64,000 bases of DNA from an uncultured bacterium (lineage in GTDB: Bacteria; DRYD01), in the NCBI GenBank assembly GCA_937139605.1, contig CAKZQG010000043.1:6692-70691 (forward strand), written 5' to 3'. Positions 9,234-19,458 of the stretch are shown here, in pieces. Positions within the stretch are counted from its first letter, which is position 1. Each line of letters starts with the position of its first letter. The position numbers and the translations under genes are program-made. Below the pieces are notes generated by a model. The model saw nothing but the letters and a program-made list of their open reading frames with translations. It had not been told where the DNA came from and made no database searches.

Positions 9234-10469
9234 ATGAGTAATTTATTAGAAAATACTGATTTAAAACTTCACTTTTATTCTATGGATGATTTAGTATATG
9301 TTATACCTGATAACACTATACCTATTACTTATTTAAGTATTTATTTTTTAAGTGGTAGTTATTTAGAAAATATTAGTAAATTGGGATTAAATTATATAAC
9401 TTTTAAAACTTTAGTAAGATCAACTAAAAAATTTAAATATGAAGATCTAAATTATTATCTAGACAAATATTCAATAAGTTTAGGTAGTTTTGCTGGATAT
9501 TTTAATAGTGGAATCTCAATATCTTTTCCTTTCTATAATTACAAAGAAGCTTTATACGTTTTAAACTCTATATTATATGATTATATTTTTAAATCAATTG
9601 ACTTAGAGGAAGTAAAAAGGGATTCAATCAATAGTATAAAAATCTTAAGAGACGATGTATTTGCATATTTAAGTGCATACGCAGATAAAGCATTTTACAA
9701 CTCATTTCTAGCTAATGATATTAAAGGAAGTATTAAAAATATAAAAAAATTCGATAGAAAGTCCTTAATTAATTGGTATGAGTATATAATTAATTCAAAA
9801 GATATAAAAAAGATAGCAATAATTTCAGGCTATACTAATAATAAATTTGAACAACAAGTATTTAAAAACCTAAAAAAAATATTAAATAAAACTAATAATT
9901 ACCTACAAAAGATGATGGATTTTGAAATAATTCCCAAAAGAATAACTCATAAATTAAAGAAAGTAGAAACAGGGATATCTATAATTTATCCTGCTCCAAG
10001 TTATTCTTTAGATTTCTTTGATTATAAAGTCATTTCTTCTATTTTAGGTTCAATGTCAGGCAGATTATTTACAAATATAAGAGAAAAACAAGAATTAGCA
10101 TATGCTATTACTTCTTATTATGAACCACTCCCTATAAAATCTGGAAATATTAAATTCCTTATGCTTACTTCTAAAGAAAATAAAAACAAAGCATTAAATG
10201 CTTTATTTAATGAAGTTAATAATATAATAGCTAATGGATTTAATGAAGAAGAAATAAATACTGCCAAAAATTACATCATAGGAAACTATATTGATTCATT
10301 TATAAGACGTTCTTTTAAAGCTTCTTCTTTAGCTAAACATGTTTTATTCGATATTCCCTTAGAATTTATTAACAATTATATAGATTACATTAATTCAGTT
10401 ACCCAAGAAAGTATAAACCAAAAAATATACTACTTTAAAAACAAACCTGGCATATTTATAGTAGATTAA
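9234..10469 (+). CDS. M16 (insulinase/pitrilysin) family peptidase, non-catalytic subunit
   Basis: M16 two-domain layout, SILG.MSGRLF.NIREKQELAY motif, no HxxEH zinc motif. ATG at 9234 preferred over TTG at 9213, which overlaps the hairpin. Confidence 0.75.
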   Translation: MSNLLENTDLKLHFYSMDDLVYVIPDNTIPITYLSIYFLSGSYLENISKLGLNYITFKTLVRSTKKFKYEDLNYYLDKYSISLGSFAGYFNSGISISFPFYNYKEALYVLNSILYDYIFKSIDLEEVKRDSINSIKILRDDVFAYLSAYADKAFYNSFLANDIKGSIKNIKKFDRKSLINWYEYIINSKDIKKIAIISGYTNNKFEQQVFKNLKKILNKTNNYLQKMMDFEIIPKRITHKLKKVETGISIIYPAPSYSLDFFDYKVISSILGSMSGRLFTNIREKQELAYAITSYYEPLPIKSGNIKFLMLTSKENKNKALNALFNEVNNIIANGFNEEEINTAKNYIIGNYIDSFIRRSFKASSLAKHVLFDIPLEFINNYIDYINSVTQESINQKIYYFKNKPGIFIVD

Positions 10470-10528
10470 CATTTATTTTATAGCAGATTACATTATTTAT
10501 AATAGATTAATAAGCTAAAATCAAAATA

Positions 10529-11302
10529 ATGATTTTATATTTTAATTTTAAAATCTATTCTAGTAATATTCAAGATCTAGATCAAAAAAGAATAATAAAC
10601 AGAATTAAATTAATAAAAAATAAAATTAATAAACTAAATGTAATTTTACCTATCCAAAAGCATACTAACAAAATTTTAAATTTATCCGAATTATTTTATA
10701 AGGATTTGAATTATTTAGACAAGTTAAAGATTTTAGAAACAGGATTTGATGGAATATATTTTGATAAAAATGATCTTTATTTATTAGAGTATTTTGGTTT
10801 AGGAGTATTAACAGCAGATTGCTTACCTATTATAATTTTTATTTTTCAAGATAATCTAAATAATGAAATTTATATAAATAACAATTGGTTATCCAATTTT
10901 ATTATGGGTGGTATATTACATGCAGGTTGGAAAGGGATTTTCTATGGAATTATCTATAATTTTTTTAAAATATTAAATAACTATATTAAAAATTCACATG
11001 TTTTAAGGATATTCGTATATATAGGTCCAAGCATAAGGAGTTGTTGCTATGAAGTAAAACCAGATTTTATCAATCAAAACAATATCTCTAAAGAATTCTA
11101 TTACCTTAAAAATAACAAAATATATTTAAATCTAATTGATATAGCTAAAAAACAAATAGATAATTCTATAAAAAATATAAAAGCTAATATACAAAAAACA
11201 GAATTAATAGATAAAAATGAATGTACTTATTGTAGTAATAAATATTTTTCTTATAGAAAAGGGCATAAAACTGAAAGAAATATAACTGTTTTATATCTAT
11301 AA
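10529..11302 (+). CDS. pgeF: Purine nucleoside phosphorylase-like YfiH/PgeF (laccase-domain) protein
   Basis: QKHTN, GVLTADCLPI, HAGWKG, IGPSIRSCCYEV, CTYCSNKYFSYR. Confidence 0.9.
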   Translation: MILYFNFKIYSSNIQDLDQKRIINRIKLIKNKINKLNVILPIQKHTNKILNLSELFYKDLNYLDKLKILETGFDGIYFDKNDLYLLEYFGLGVLTADCLPIIIFIFQDNLNNEIYINNNWLSNFIMGGILHAGWKGIFYGIIYNFFKILNNYIKNSHVLRIFVYIGPSIRSCCYEVKPDFINQNNISKEFYYLKNNKIYLNLIDIAKKQIDNSIKNIKANIQKTELIDKNECTYCSNKYFSYRKGHKTERNITVLYL

Positions 11303-13153
11303 TTGCTTTTATCTAAAGGTAGGAAACTAAAATTATTTAATAAATATAATATGTACATATCAGTAAGTTCAGGTGGAAATATTTTAAGTTCTATAGATAC
11401 TAAAAACTGGAGTTTTCAAAACTTAAAACTACCTATAAATGATATCTTTTTTAAAAATGATACTTTAGTAGCTGTAAGTCAAAACGGGAAAATACTAATA
11501 TCTAATGACTCTATAAATTGGGAATTAATAGATCCGGGGATAAACTGCTGGTTAAAGTCAATAGTATATGGTAATGGCTTATGGGTAGCAGTTGGATGGG
11601 ATGGAGTAATTTTAACCTCAAAAGATCTAATAAACTGGCAAAAACAGAAATCCAATACTTCTATTCTTTTAACTTCTATAACTTTTGGGAATGATTTATT
11701 TATAGCTACTGGATATAACGGAAAAATTTTAATATCCAATGATGGGATAAACTGGAATATATTAAACTTATCCTCAGATTTATCATTTGAAGGGATAGTT
11801 TATATTAATAATAAGTTTGTAGCGTTAGGTAAAAATGGCAAGATTTTAGTTTCAGAAAACGGGATAAATTGGTTCCCTAAAAACAGTAATACTACTTATT
11901 CTTTAAATTCTTGTGCTTTTGGAAAAGATCAAAATAATAAAGATATTTATATTATAGTTGGAAAAAATGGGAAAATTTTATTATCTTATGATCTAGACAC
12001 TTTTGAAAACATAGATTTAAATTTTAAACACGATATATTTAAAGTTATATATGAGAATAATTTATTTTTAGCAAGTAGCAGTAAAGGGAATATATTAATT
12101 TCTAAAGATGGTAGAAAATGGGAAATAATACAAACCAATATTAATGACGATTTAGTATCAATAGTTTTTGCAAAATTTGAAAAAAATCCATTCTTAAAAA
12201 AAGACTCAGAAACAAAAGTAGATTTAAGTAATACTTTTGTAGGAGTTAAAGTAGAAAAAAAGAAAAAATTTAATTTAGATAAATGGGTTTTATCAAAGAC
12301 TCCTACTAAAAATGATCTTTTTGATATAGTTTTTTACAAAGAGATTTTTATAATAGCAGGTAAAAATGGAGATATTATTTTATCTTATCCCTTAACTAAC
12401 TTGGAAAATGAAAATATAACAAAATTAATATCTTGGGAACTAATAAATCTAAATATTAACAATCATTTAAGAAGTATAGCATTTAACGAAAATAACATAG
12501 TTATTGTAGGAGACAATGGAGTAATCCTAAAAAATAATATTTCCGATACTCCTAATTTATTTGATCCTTTAAAGTGGGAAAAATATTCTATTAATAATTT
12601 ATTTTTAAATTCAATAACTTTTGGTAATGATTTATGGATAGCAGTTGGAATGAATGGGAAAATTTTAATCTCAGAAGATTTAAACAATTGGGAAACAATA
12701 ACGCATGATTTTATTGCTCACTTTACAAGTGTTATTCCATTTCAAGATTATTTTATAATTTCTGGTTTAATGGGGGTTATTCTCATATTAGAAAAAGATA
12801 TAGGATTACATAAATCCTATACAAACATAGATAATCATATATATAGTTTAGCTTATAATAATGACTTAATGGTAGCAGTAGGTTCTAATGGGCTTATTTT
12901 AAGAAGTTATGACTTAAAAAAGTGGTATAAAGCTAATTCCCCTACTAATGAAGATTTATTAAAAGTAATTTATTCTAATAATGTTTTCATAGCAGTAGGT
13001 GAAAAGGGTAGCTTGTTAATTTCTGAAGACGGTAATAACTGGTATAAAAAAAGTACTCCTATTGAGAAAACGTTATACTCTGTCGCTTACGGTATTAACG
13101 ATTTAGTTATAGCAGTATCAGAAAAAGGTAATATTATTCATAACGAAATATAA
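11303..13153 (+). CDS. BNR/YCF48-like repeat beta-propeller protein (two repeat blocks)
   Basis: Many repeats of the form (S/D)I.(F/Y)GN..(W/F)(V/I)AVG..G.IL.S.DG.NW; lysine-rich linker between the two blocks. Confidence 0.75.
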   Translation: MLLSKGRKLKLFNKYNMYISVSSGGNILSSIDTKNWSFQNLKLPINDIFFKNDTLVAVSQNGKILISNDSINWELIDPGINCWLKSIVYGNGLWVAVGWDGVILTSKDLINWQKQKSNTSILLTSITFGNDLFIATGYNGKILISNDGINWNILNLSSDLSFEGIVYINNKFVALGKNGKILVSENGINWFPKNSNTTYSLNSCAFGKDQNNKDIYIIVGKNGKILLSYDLDTFENIDLNFKHDIFKVIYENNLFLASSSKGNILISKDGRKWEIIQTNINDDLVSIVFAKFEKNPFLKKDSETKVDLSNTFVGVKVEKKKKFNLDKWVLSKTPTKNDLFDIVFYKEIFIIAGKNGDIILSYPLTNLENENITKLISWELINLNINNHLRSIAFNENNIVIVGDNGVILKNNISDTPNLFDPLKWEKYSINNLFLNSITFGNDLWIAVGMNGKILISEDLNNWETITHDFIAHFTSVIPFQDYFIISGLMGVILILEKDIGLHKSYTNIDNHIYSLAYNNDLMVAVGSNGLILRSYDLKKWYKANSPTNEDLLKVIYSNNVFIAVGEKGSLLISEDGNNWYKKSTPIEKTLYSVAYGINDLVIAVSEKGNIIHNEI

Positions 13154-13172
13154 TCTAAATTTTTTATTATCT

Positions 13173-15482
13173 TTACTTTTTATTAGGATATTGTGTATAG
13201 TAGTTATAGAATATGCTAAGCAAACTTAAACTCCAAAGTTGAATAATATTAGATTCTGTTTTAGAATAAGCGCTTCCAAAATCTTTACAAACCATTTTAT
13301 TATTTTTTATTTCATATGAAAACAGTTCCTTAAGATAAAAATCGGAGTTGCTAATAATTATATTAGTTAAATTATTGTATAGATTAAAACAGTATTTATT
13401 ATTTATATAATTTTGAAGTCCCAAAGTAATCATATAATTTTGGAATGCCCAGATGTTAGTTCCATGATAAGAATCCTTAGTTAAAACAGGATATAAGTCT
13501 TCAACTAAAACGGGGTTAGCCGTTAATATCCCTATATCAGTTTTCAAGCCTATAGGATACGGTAAATCCAAGATTTTTAAATTACCCGATAAATCATTAT
13601 TATCTATTGTTTTAAAAAATAGCATAAAACCAATATCACTATTTATAACTTCAATAGGTTTCATATCTTTATCTAAGGATAAAGCATAAAAATCTAATTC
13701 AATATCTGTTTTACCTTTTATAAAATCTCTAATAGTAAAATTAGGATTTATTTTTTGGTTTAAATAAAATTCCCTTTCATTTTCATTAAAAACAGATAAA
13801 TACTTTAATAATTTCTTTCTCAATTCCTCAGAAGAAATATGAACTTTAAATTTAGGATATATTTGAATTTTCCATTTTAATATTAAATCATCTATTAACT
13901 CAGGGTTATCTATATATTTCATTATATTATACTTTTTATCTTTTATATATTCATAAAAATTAGGATAAATTGATTTAAAGGTATATATATTTTGTTTAAT
14001 AGAATACAAAGAAGCAACAACTAAACCTAAATTGATGCTATTGGGGTAAATTCCATAACCTAGCCCTTCAGGAGAATCTCGCCAATCTCCTACTAAGTGG
14101 TTTTCATCTACTTTTATAGGTTCATCCTTATATAAGCATTCTTGAACTTTATTTAATACATATTCCATATTAGCTACAGTTTTACTAAGAAACATATTGT
14201 TACCTAAAAACTCCTTTATTTCTTTTTCTTTTTTTTCTTCTTTTAGTTTTAGGAAATACTTATTAAGGAGGATAGAGAACATAAAATCGTCATCTTTCAT
14301 TTTATAATCATAAACAGGGGTATTTAAGGTATTTATATTTTCTATTTTATTTGGAGTTCCTAAAATTTTAATAAGGTGATCATATTGAGCTTGAAATCCT
14401 AAATCCTCTTCATGTGCCACATCCCCGTTATTATCCATTCTATTTAACACACTATCAACTGCTATTTTATATAAATAACTATTTGATATATCATTTAATA
14501 AAACAGTGGTTATAATAGTATCCCTACCGAAGTAAGTTAGATATCTCCAAGAGCCAGCTAACATTTTTTCATTAGTTATTAAAAAATCCATTGCATACAA
14601 ACTTTTTCTAATTAATATTTGGTTAGGATTATCCTTATCTTTTAGTATCTTATCAAAAAATGATTTAGCATTAATATTCAAAAATTTTTCATATCCTTTT
14701 ATATAATTACTAGAAATATTCTTATTTAAAGGGATTTTAAATTTTATTTTTATTATTTTATTTGATGGTTTTACAGAATAAATAATATAAGCTTTAGATA
14801 GTTTTAATTTGACAGGGTATATAGAAAATTCAAATTCGTTTCCCATTATATCTTTTCTATTAATAATTAAGGTTTTAGAACTACTATTAAATAAATGATT
14901 ATAAAATAATTGATTATCAAAATTAGAGTATATATCAAAAATTTTAAAGAACTCTAATTGTCTTTTAAAATAGGTATAAACAGGTAGGATATTAGCTAAA
15001 TGAGCTCCTCTAAAATCTCTTATTGCTCTTATTGAATCAAGTATAACTATAAAATTAAATTCTTTATCATTAGAGTTATTATTTTTTAATTCTAATGTTA
15101 ATAAATAATGATTATTTTCTTTAAGAACAGATAAATTTGATATTTCTAATTTTTTTATATGGTCTGATTGAAAATATATGCCACTATTTTGGAAATCACT
15201 TGCTAAAATTATAAATGGGATTTCCCCCTTATTTATCTCTAAATGTAATCTATTACTATTATCTAATATAAAATAATTTAAAGAATAAGAGTTAGATATA
15301 CTAAAATAGTAAATATTAATTTGTGAATTAAGGTTATTTTGTAAATTTTTCATTGGGTTTATTGAAAATTTATTAGAATAAAAATTATTACCAAATGATG
15401 GATTATAAGAAACAATTATAAAACTAAGAATAAACAAAAAAATTTTAATAGGATATTTAAAGTTATTTATATTTTTATTCAT
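13173..15482 (-). CDS. Secreted six-hairpin glycosidase-like protein (glycogen-debranching-enzyme-like)
   Basis: N-terminal hydrophobic signal; LAGSWRYLTYFGRDT, VAHEEDLG, YKMKDDDF, VGDWRDS, YHGTNIWAFQ, typical of (alpha/alpha)6 glycosidase-like proteins. Confidence 0.6.
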   Translation of the reverse strand: MNKNINNFKYPIKIFLFILSFIIVSYNPSFGNNFYSNKFSINPMKNLQNNLNSQINIYYFSISNSYSLNYFILDNSNRLHLEINKGEIPFIILASDFQNSGIYFQSDHIKKLEISNLSVLKENNHYLLTLELKNNNSNDKEFNFIVILDSIRAIRDFRGAHLANILPVYTYFKRQLEFFKIFDIYSNFDNQLFYNHLFNSSSKTLIINRKDIMGNEFEFSIYPVKLKLSKAYIIYSVKPSNKIIKIKFKIPLNKNISSNYIKGYEKFLNINAKSFFDKILKDKDNPNQILIRKSLYAMDFLITNEKMLAGSWRYLTYFGRDTIITTVLLNDISNSYLYKIAVDSVLNRMDNNGDVAHEEDLGFQAQYDHLIKILGTPNKIENINTLNTPVYDYKMKDDDFMFSILLNKYFLKLKEEKKEKEIKEFLGNNMFLSKTVANMEYVLNKVQECLYKDEPIKVDENHLVGDWRDSPEGLGYGIYPNSINLGLVVASLYSIKQNIYTFKSIYPNFYEYIKDKKYNIMKYIDNPELIDDLILKWKIQIYPKFKVHISSEELRKKLLKYLSVFNENEREFYLNQKINPNFTIRDFIKGKTDIELDFYALSLDKDMKPIEVINSDIGFMLFFKTIDNNDLSGNLKILDLPYPIGLKTDIGILTANPVLVEDLYPVLTKDSYHGTNIWAFQNYMITLGLQNYINNKYCFNLYNNLTNIIISNSDFYLKELFSYEIKNNKMVCKDFGSAYSKTESNIIQLWSLSLLSIFYNYYTQYPNKK

Positions 15483-15644
15483 TTCAATACCTCCCTCATT
15501 TTAAAATAAACATTAATTAAATTTAAATATAAAAAAATATAAAAAAAAAATATTTTGAATCTATTCAACTAACTAATTATCAATTACTTAATTATATTAA
15601 AAAGGTAAAATTCCTTTTATTAAAATAAGAGAATAAGAAAAAAA

Positions 15645-16601
15645 TTAATAAAAAATTCTCCTAATTTTTGAGAAATCTATTACATCCACTTTTTTATTAT
15701 TTATATCATTTTTTATAACTTTAAAAATTAAAAAATTATAATCAGGGATTATTTTATAAAAAATTTCCTCAACCTCTTTATTAACATTATTTTGAGTCTC
15801 TATATATTTTACTTTAATATTTTTTAAATAAGGAGTATAGTCAAAATCAACTAAATCATTTAACAAACTCTTTATAATTTCTTCGCTAAAATTGATAAGG
15901 TAAAAAACCAAAAAATTATAAATAAAACTACCTAAAATACTTATTACTTTTTCTAAATTTTTCAAACTAAAAAAATCTATTATATCTTTAATATCTTCAT
16001 TATATTTTATATCATTAAATTTTTTTAAAATAAATGTCTTTAAAGAAATAGGATAATGATCAAAAATATTTTTATTTTGTTCAAAATAATCTTCTATTTC
16101 ATTAAGTAAATTAATTCCTATGCCTATAATTAGGTTATCTTTAAAAGTTTCTATTAAAATCCCCCCTAACTTATAAATATTATCATTTTCAACTAAAACT
16201 ATATCGTTAGGAAAAATAACCCTTAAATAATTTTTTAAATCATCTTGTAAATTTAAAATTTCATTAAAATTAAAAATAGAACTTAAGTACTTAGAAAAAG
16301 ATAAAATAGACTTTAAAACAATAGTACCGATAAATACAGATATTAAATTAAAATACTTTTTAGGAATTTTTTCAGAAAGGATAGATAAAGGGAAATTAAC
16401 TGATAAATACAATCCTCCTCTAAGGGATACCCAACTTCTATTATTGCTTCCCTTACCTTTATATTGGATAAAAGCATTTACCACGATTATTTTTAATTGA
16501 TTTTGATTTAAATAATTAATTTGTATTTCTTTTTTTAAGTATTCTTGTGTAGAATCTACTGAATTTAGGATTATTTTTGATATTTTAATTGGTTTTACCA
16601 T
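15645..16601 (-). CDS. birA: Biotin--protein ligase (no HTH, monofunctional type)
   Basis: SVDSTQ, QYKGKG..NRSWVS..GGLYLSV, FPNDI, KLGGILIE, IGIGINL. Confidence 0.85.
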   Translation of the reverse strand: MVKPIKISKIILNSVDSTQEYLKKEIQINYLNQNQLKIIVVNAFIQYKGKGSNNRSWVSLRGGLYLSVNFPLSILSEKIPKKYFNLISVFIGTIVLKSILSFSKYLSSIFNFNEILNLQDDLKNYLRVIFPNDIVLVENDNIYKLGGILIETFKDNLIIGIGINLLNEIEDYFEQNKNIFDHYPISLKTFILKKFNDIKYNEDIKDIIDFFSLKNLEKVISILGSFIYNFLVFYLINFSEEIIKSLLNDLVDFDYTPYLKNIKVKYIETQNNVNKEVEEIFYKIIPDYNFLIFKVIKNDINNKKVDVIDFSKIRRIFY

Positions 16602-17515
16602 TAAGAGATTAAAGCATTTTCAAATTTAGAAGATATAATATTTTGAAGATTAAGTTTAATACTAACTGCTCTATGATCACTAGCAACAGTAGCTAACGGA
16701 TTATCATATTTACCTGTTATATCAAAACTACCTTGAACAACATTTAATTTTTCTTTTGCTTTATCATTAAGAAAGATATAATCTAATATATGAGCTCCAT
16801 ATTTAGGGTTATTGCTGTAATGGGTTGGTAAATTAGTTTCCTTAGATAAATTATCTAAATTCCTAGTATCAGTAAAATTAGCATTTTTAATAGTAGAAAT
16901 GGTAGCAGAATCAGGGGAATCATTGAAATCACCCATTAAAATAGCAGGCATATTACCTTTTTTAGCATACTCTATGAGTTTAGCTGCTTCTTTTTGACGT
17001 TGAATATCAGACTCTGGGCCACCCCTCTTAGATTTAAGATGTACTGAAAATATTTTAACATTAAAACCTGGAGCTAATTCTACTATAGCTTCAACAGGCG
17101 GTCTTTTAAAGGTTGTATCATTTTCATGGATATTTACTTTCTTTATAGGAAATTTTTTACTTATCAGCAAAGCTGCAGCTATACCCCTATTATCACTTTT
17201 ACCTACAATAATATTATATTTATCTTTTAAACCTGCTATTCCTAATAACTCTTGTAGTGCTTCTTTATTTTCTACCTCTTGTAAAGCAACTATATCACTA
17301 TTATTTTGTTTTAATATTTCTGCTAACGCTTTTAACTCTTTCTCACGTTTCGGAGGGCCATCATCCTTATTAGGATCATCTACTTTATCAAACAAATTCT
17401 CAACATTATACGTTGTTAATTTTACCTCATTATTTAAGCTATTATTTAAATTATTATTAGTTTTCTTAGAATTCAGCAAATTTATAACATTAGAATTATA
17501 ATTATTAATAATCAT
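16601..17515 (-). CDS. Endonuclease/exonuclease/phosphatase (EEP) family protein with Asn-rich N-terminal leader
   Basis: TYNVENLF, DIVALQEVE, VHLKSK, MGDFND, LDYIF, SDH motifs. ATG at 17515 follows SD GTGAGGT. Confidence 0.85.
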   Translation of the reverse strand: MIINNYNSNVINLLNSKKTNNNLNNSLNNEVKLTTYNVENLFDKVDDPNKDDGPPKREKELKALAEILKQNNSDIVALQEVENKEALQELLGIAGLKDKYNIIVGKSDNRGIAAALLISKKFPIKKVNIHENDTTFKRPPVEAIVELAPGFNVKIFSVHLKSKRGGPESDIQRQKEAAKLIEYAKKGNMPAILMGDFNDSPDSATISTIKNANFTDTRNLDNLSKETNLPTHYSNNPKYGAHILDYIFLNDKAKEKLNVVQGSFDITGKYDNPLATVASDHRAVSIKLNLQNIISSKFENALIS

Positions 17516-17532
17516 AAAAATATACCTCACTA

Positions 17533-17617
17533 AAATTATTTTTCTTAATATTAATATAATCATTTTTAAAAAAAAATCAAATAAAAAATCATAAAAATTA
17601 ACATTTTTTTTACATAT
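17533..17617. repeat. Direct repeat copy 1 flanking hicBA (85 bp)
   Basis: Matches 18156-18238 except two substitutions and an A-tract of 9 vs 7; contains TTAACA-N5-TTTACA at 17598-17614. Confidence 0.9.
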
Positions 17618-17635
17618 TTTTAGCTAATTTTATCA

Positions 17636-17869
17636 CTATTTTAGGGATATCCATTCTTTCAAAGTTATTTCTCGTCCTAAAATTTTTGATACTTCACGCA
17701 ACATAATACGTAATTGAGGAACAGAATACTCTTCATTAGAAGGAATAGCTAAACGATATTCATTATAAACCATATATTGGTGCCTTGTACCAGAAAAAGG
17801 TCCATCAAAACCTAATTGCCGTAGTTTTTTAATAAAATCTCTACGCTTACAAGGAGTCCAACGATTCAT
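17636..17869 (-). CDS. hicA: Type II toxin-antitoxin HicA family toxin
   Basis: IKKLRQLGF.GP.SGTRHQYM (G-x-H catalytic His), 77 aa, basic. Confidence 0.85.
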   Translation of the reverse strand: MNRWTPCKRRDFIKKLRQLGFDGPFSGTRHQYMVYNEYRLAIPSNEEYSVPQLRIMLREVSKILGREITLKEWISLK

Positions 17870-18119
17870 AAACTGGCTCCTTGTTTAAATCAATCCCATC
17901 AATTACTGGCAATTTGTGTTTCATTTTTAATCCTAACCATATCCATTCTTCTAAAGTAGATCTTAAATTGTTTTCACACTCCATTAACGTAGAACCAAAA
18001 GCTACAACACCTGTACAAATAGGAATATACCCTACAAATGTCCCATCTTCCAATTTATCATAAACAGCTTTTTCCATCGCTTGTCTAACATAATCACTAA
18101 ATAAAAATTGAAAACTCAT
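17847..18119 (-). CDS. hicB: Type II toxin-antitoxin HicB family antitoxin (short, no DNA-binding domain)
   Basis: EDGTFVGYIP..GVVAFGSTL.E..NL...LEEW...LP; overlaps hicA and lies upstream of it. Confidence 0.85.
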   Translation of the reverse strand: MSFQFLFSDYVRQAMEKAVYDKLEDGTFVGYIPICTGVVAFGSTLMECENNLRSTLEEWIWLGLKMKHKLPVIDGIDLNKEPVYESLDSL

Positions 18120-18155
18120 TCACTATAACACCTCAATTTAATTACCAATACTTAT

Positions 18156-18238
18156 AAATTATTCTTCTTAATATTAATATAATCATTTTTAAAAAAATCA
18201 AACAAAAAATCATAAAAATTAACATTTTTTTTACATAT
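18156..18238. repeat. Direct repeat copy 2 flanking hicBA (83 bp)
   Basis: Matches 17533-17617; contains TTAACA-N5-TTTACA at 18219-18235. Confidence 0.9.
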
Positions 18239-18348
18239 AAAAAAATAAAAACAAGCTAAAAACTATAGAATTTAAATAATTAAAAAGGAGAATGTCTAAA
18301 AATTTTTGAAATAAAAAATAGAGTGGTAGAAAAAGGGGGTAGATAAAT

Positions 18349-19458
18349 ATGTCAATAAATCCAATTGAATCAAACAACATAAAACCAATATCAGATACCA
18401 AAATACCAGATACCAAAATAAATACTGCAAATAATAATCCTACAACTACTAATAGTGCTATTTCTCCAACAGATACTATAAATACAAATCAAAGTTCTCC
18501 ACAAAATTTATCAGAAAATGTTCAAAATGAAAATACCCAAACTACACAAGAGCCACCTTTAGAAATGAAGCTCCAACAAGCTTTAACAGACAATAACTTA
18601 CCCCTTGAAGAAAAAATAAAACTAATAGATCAATTAATATCCCAAAAAAAACAAGAACTACAAAATATAGATAATGAAATAAATAATTTAAGAAATAATC
18701 CAATGAATACCCCAAATGATCCTGTTGCTCAAAATATTTTAAATATATCAAATCAAAATAAAATATTATCTTTAGAAAATCAAAGAAGTGCAATAAATAA
18801 TCAGATATCAATGTTAGAAGCTACCAAAAATAATCTAATAAATCTAAACAACCAAACCAGAAATTTAGCTTCCCAATTGGATAGTATTAATTCTGCTTAT
18901 GATACAAGCCTTAATCATCTTAAAATACTAAAAGAACAATTACAACAATATCATCAATCAATGGCAGCCAATTACACTAAACAAATAGAGATACTAAATA
19001 ACCAAATTAATCAAATAGAAAAGGAGATCCAAGATCTACTAAATACTCAGCCATCTAACCCTGATGAAGCAAATCAGATAGCACAGCAAATAGCTCAGAA
19101 AAGATCATTACAAGATGTTCTAAAAAACCAACTAGAAGGTACAAAACAACAATTATTTTCATTAAATCAAAATGTTCAACAACAGATAAAAGACTTAGAT
19201 GATCAAATAGCTAATACAATAAAAGAAAAACAATTAAATTATTATCAAAAATGGGCTTTAGATCAATCAATAAGAAGAGAAATAGAAAACATAGTATGGG
19301 GAGAAATGTTAGCTGAAAAAAACCATGTACTTCAGATGTGGAAAATGTATTATGATTATACTCAAAAAGTAAGACAAATGTGGCAAGATATATACACAAA
19401 ACAATTAGCAAATGAAACCTCATTTGTTCAAGCCTGGTCAGCAGTACTAGGAAAATAA
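18349..19458 (+). CDS. Hypothetical Q/N-rich coiled-coil protein with low-complexity N-terminus and Trp/Met-rich C-terminal segment
   Basis: 369-aa ORF with SD GGGGGT; S/T/N/P-rich N-terminus, long heptad-like Q/N/L region, C-terminus QMWKMYYDYTQKVRQMWQDIY...QAWSAVLGK. Confidence 0.8.
   Translation: MSINPIESNNIKPISDTKIPDTKINTANNNPTTTNSAISPTDTINTNQSSPQNLSENVQNENTQTTQEPPLEMKLQQALTDNNLPLEEKIKLIDQLISQKKQELQNIDNEINNLRNNPMNTPNDPVAQNILNISNQNKILSLENQRSAINNQISMLEATKNNLINLNNQTRNLASQLDSINSAYDTSLNHLKILKEQLQQYHQSMAANYTKQIEILNNQINQIEKEIQDLLNTQPSNPDEANQIAQQIAQKRSLQDVLKNQLEGTKQQLFSLNQNVQQQIKDLDDQIANTIKEKQLNYYQKWALDQSIRREIENIVWGEMLAEKNHVLQMWKMYYDYTQKVRQMWQDIYTKQLANETSFVQAWSAVLGK

Noticed and set aside
10466-10482. 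Additional near-matches to the TTAACA box (TTAACA-tttat-TTTATA at 10466; half sites near 4054 and 49601)
   Set aside because: Mismatched or wrongly spaced, and expected by chance in AT-rich DNA
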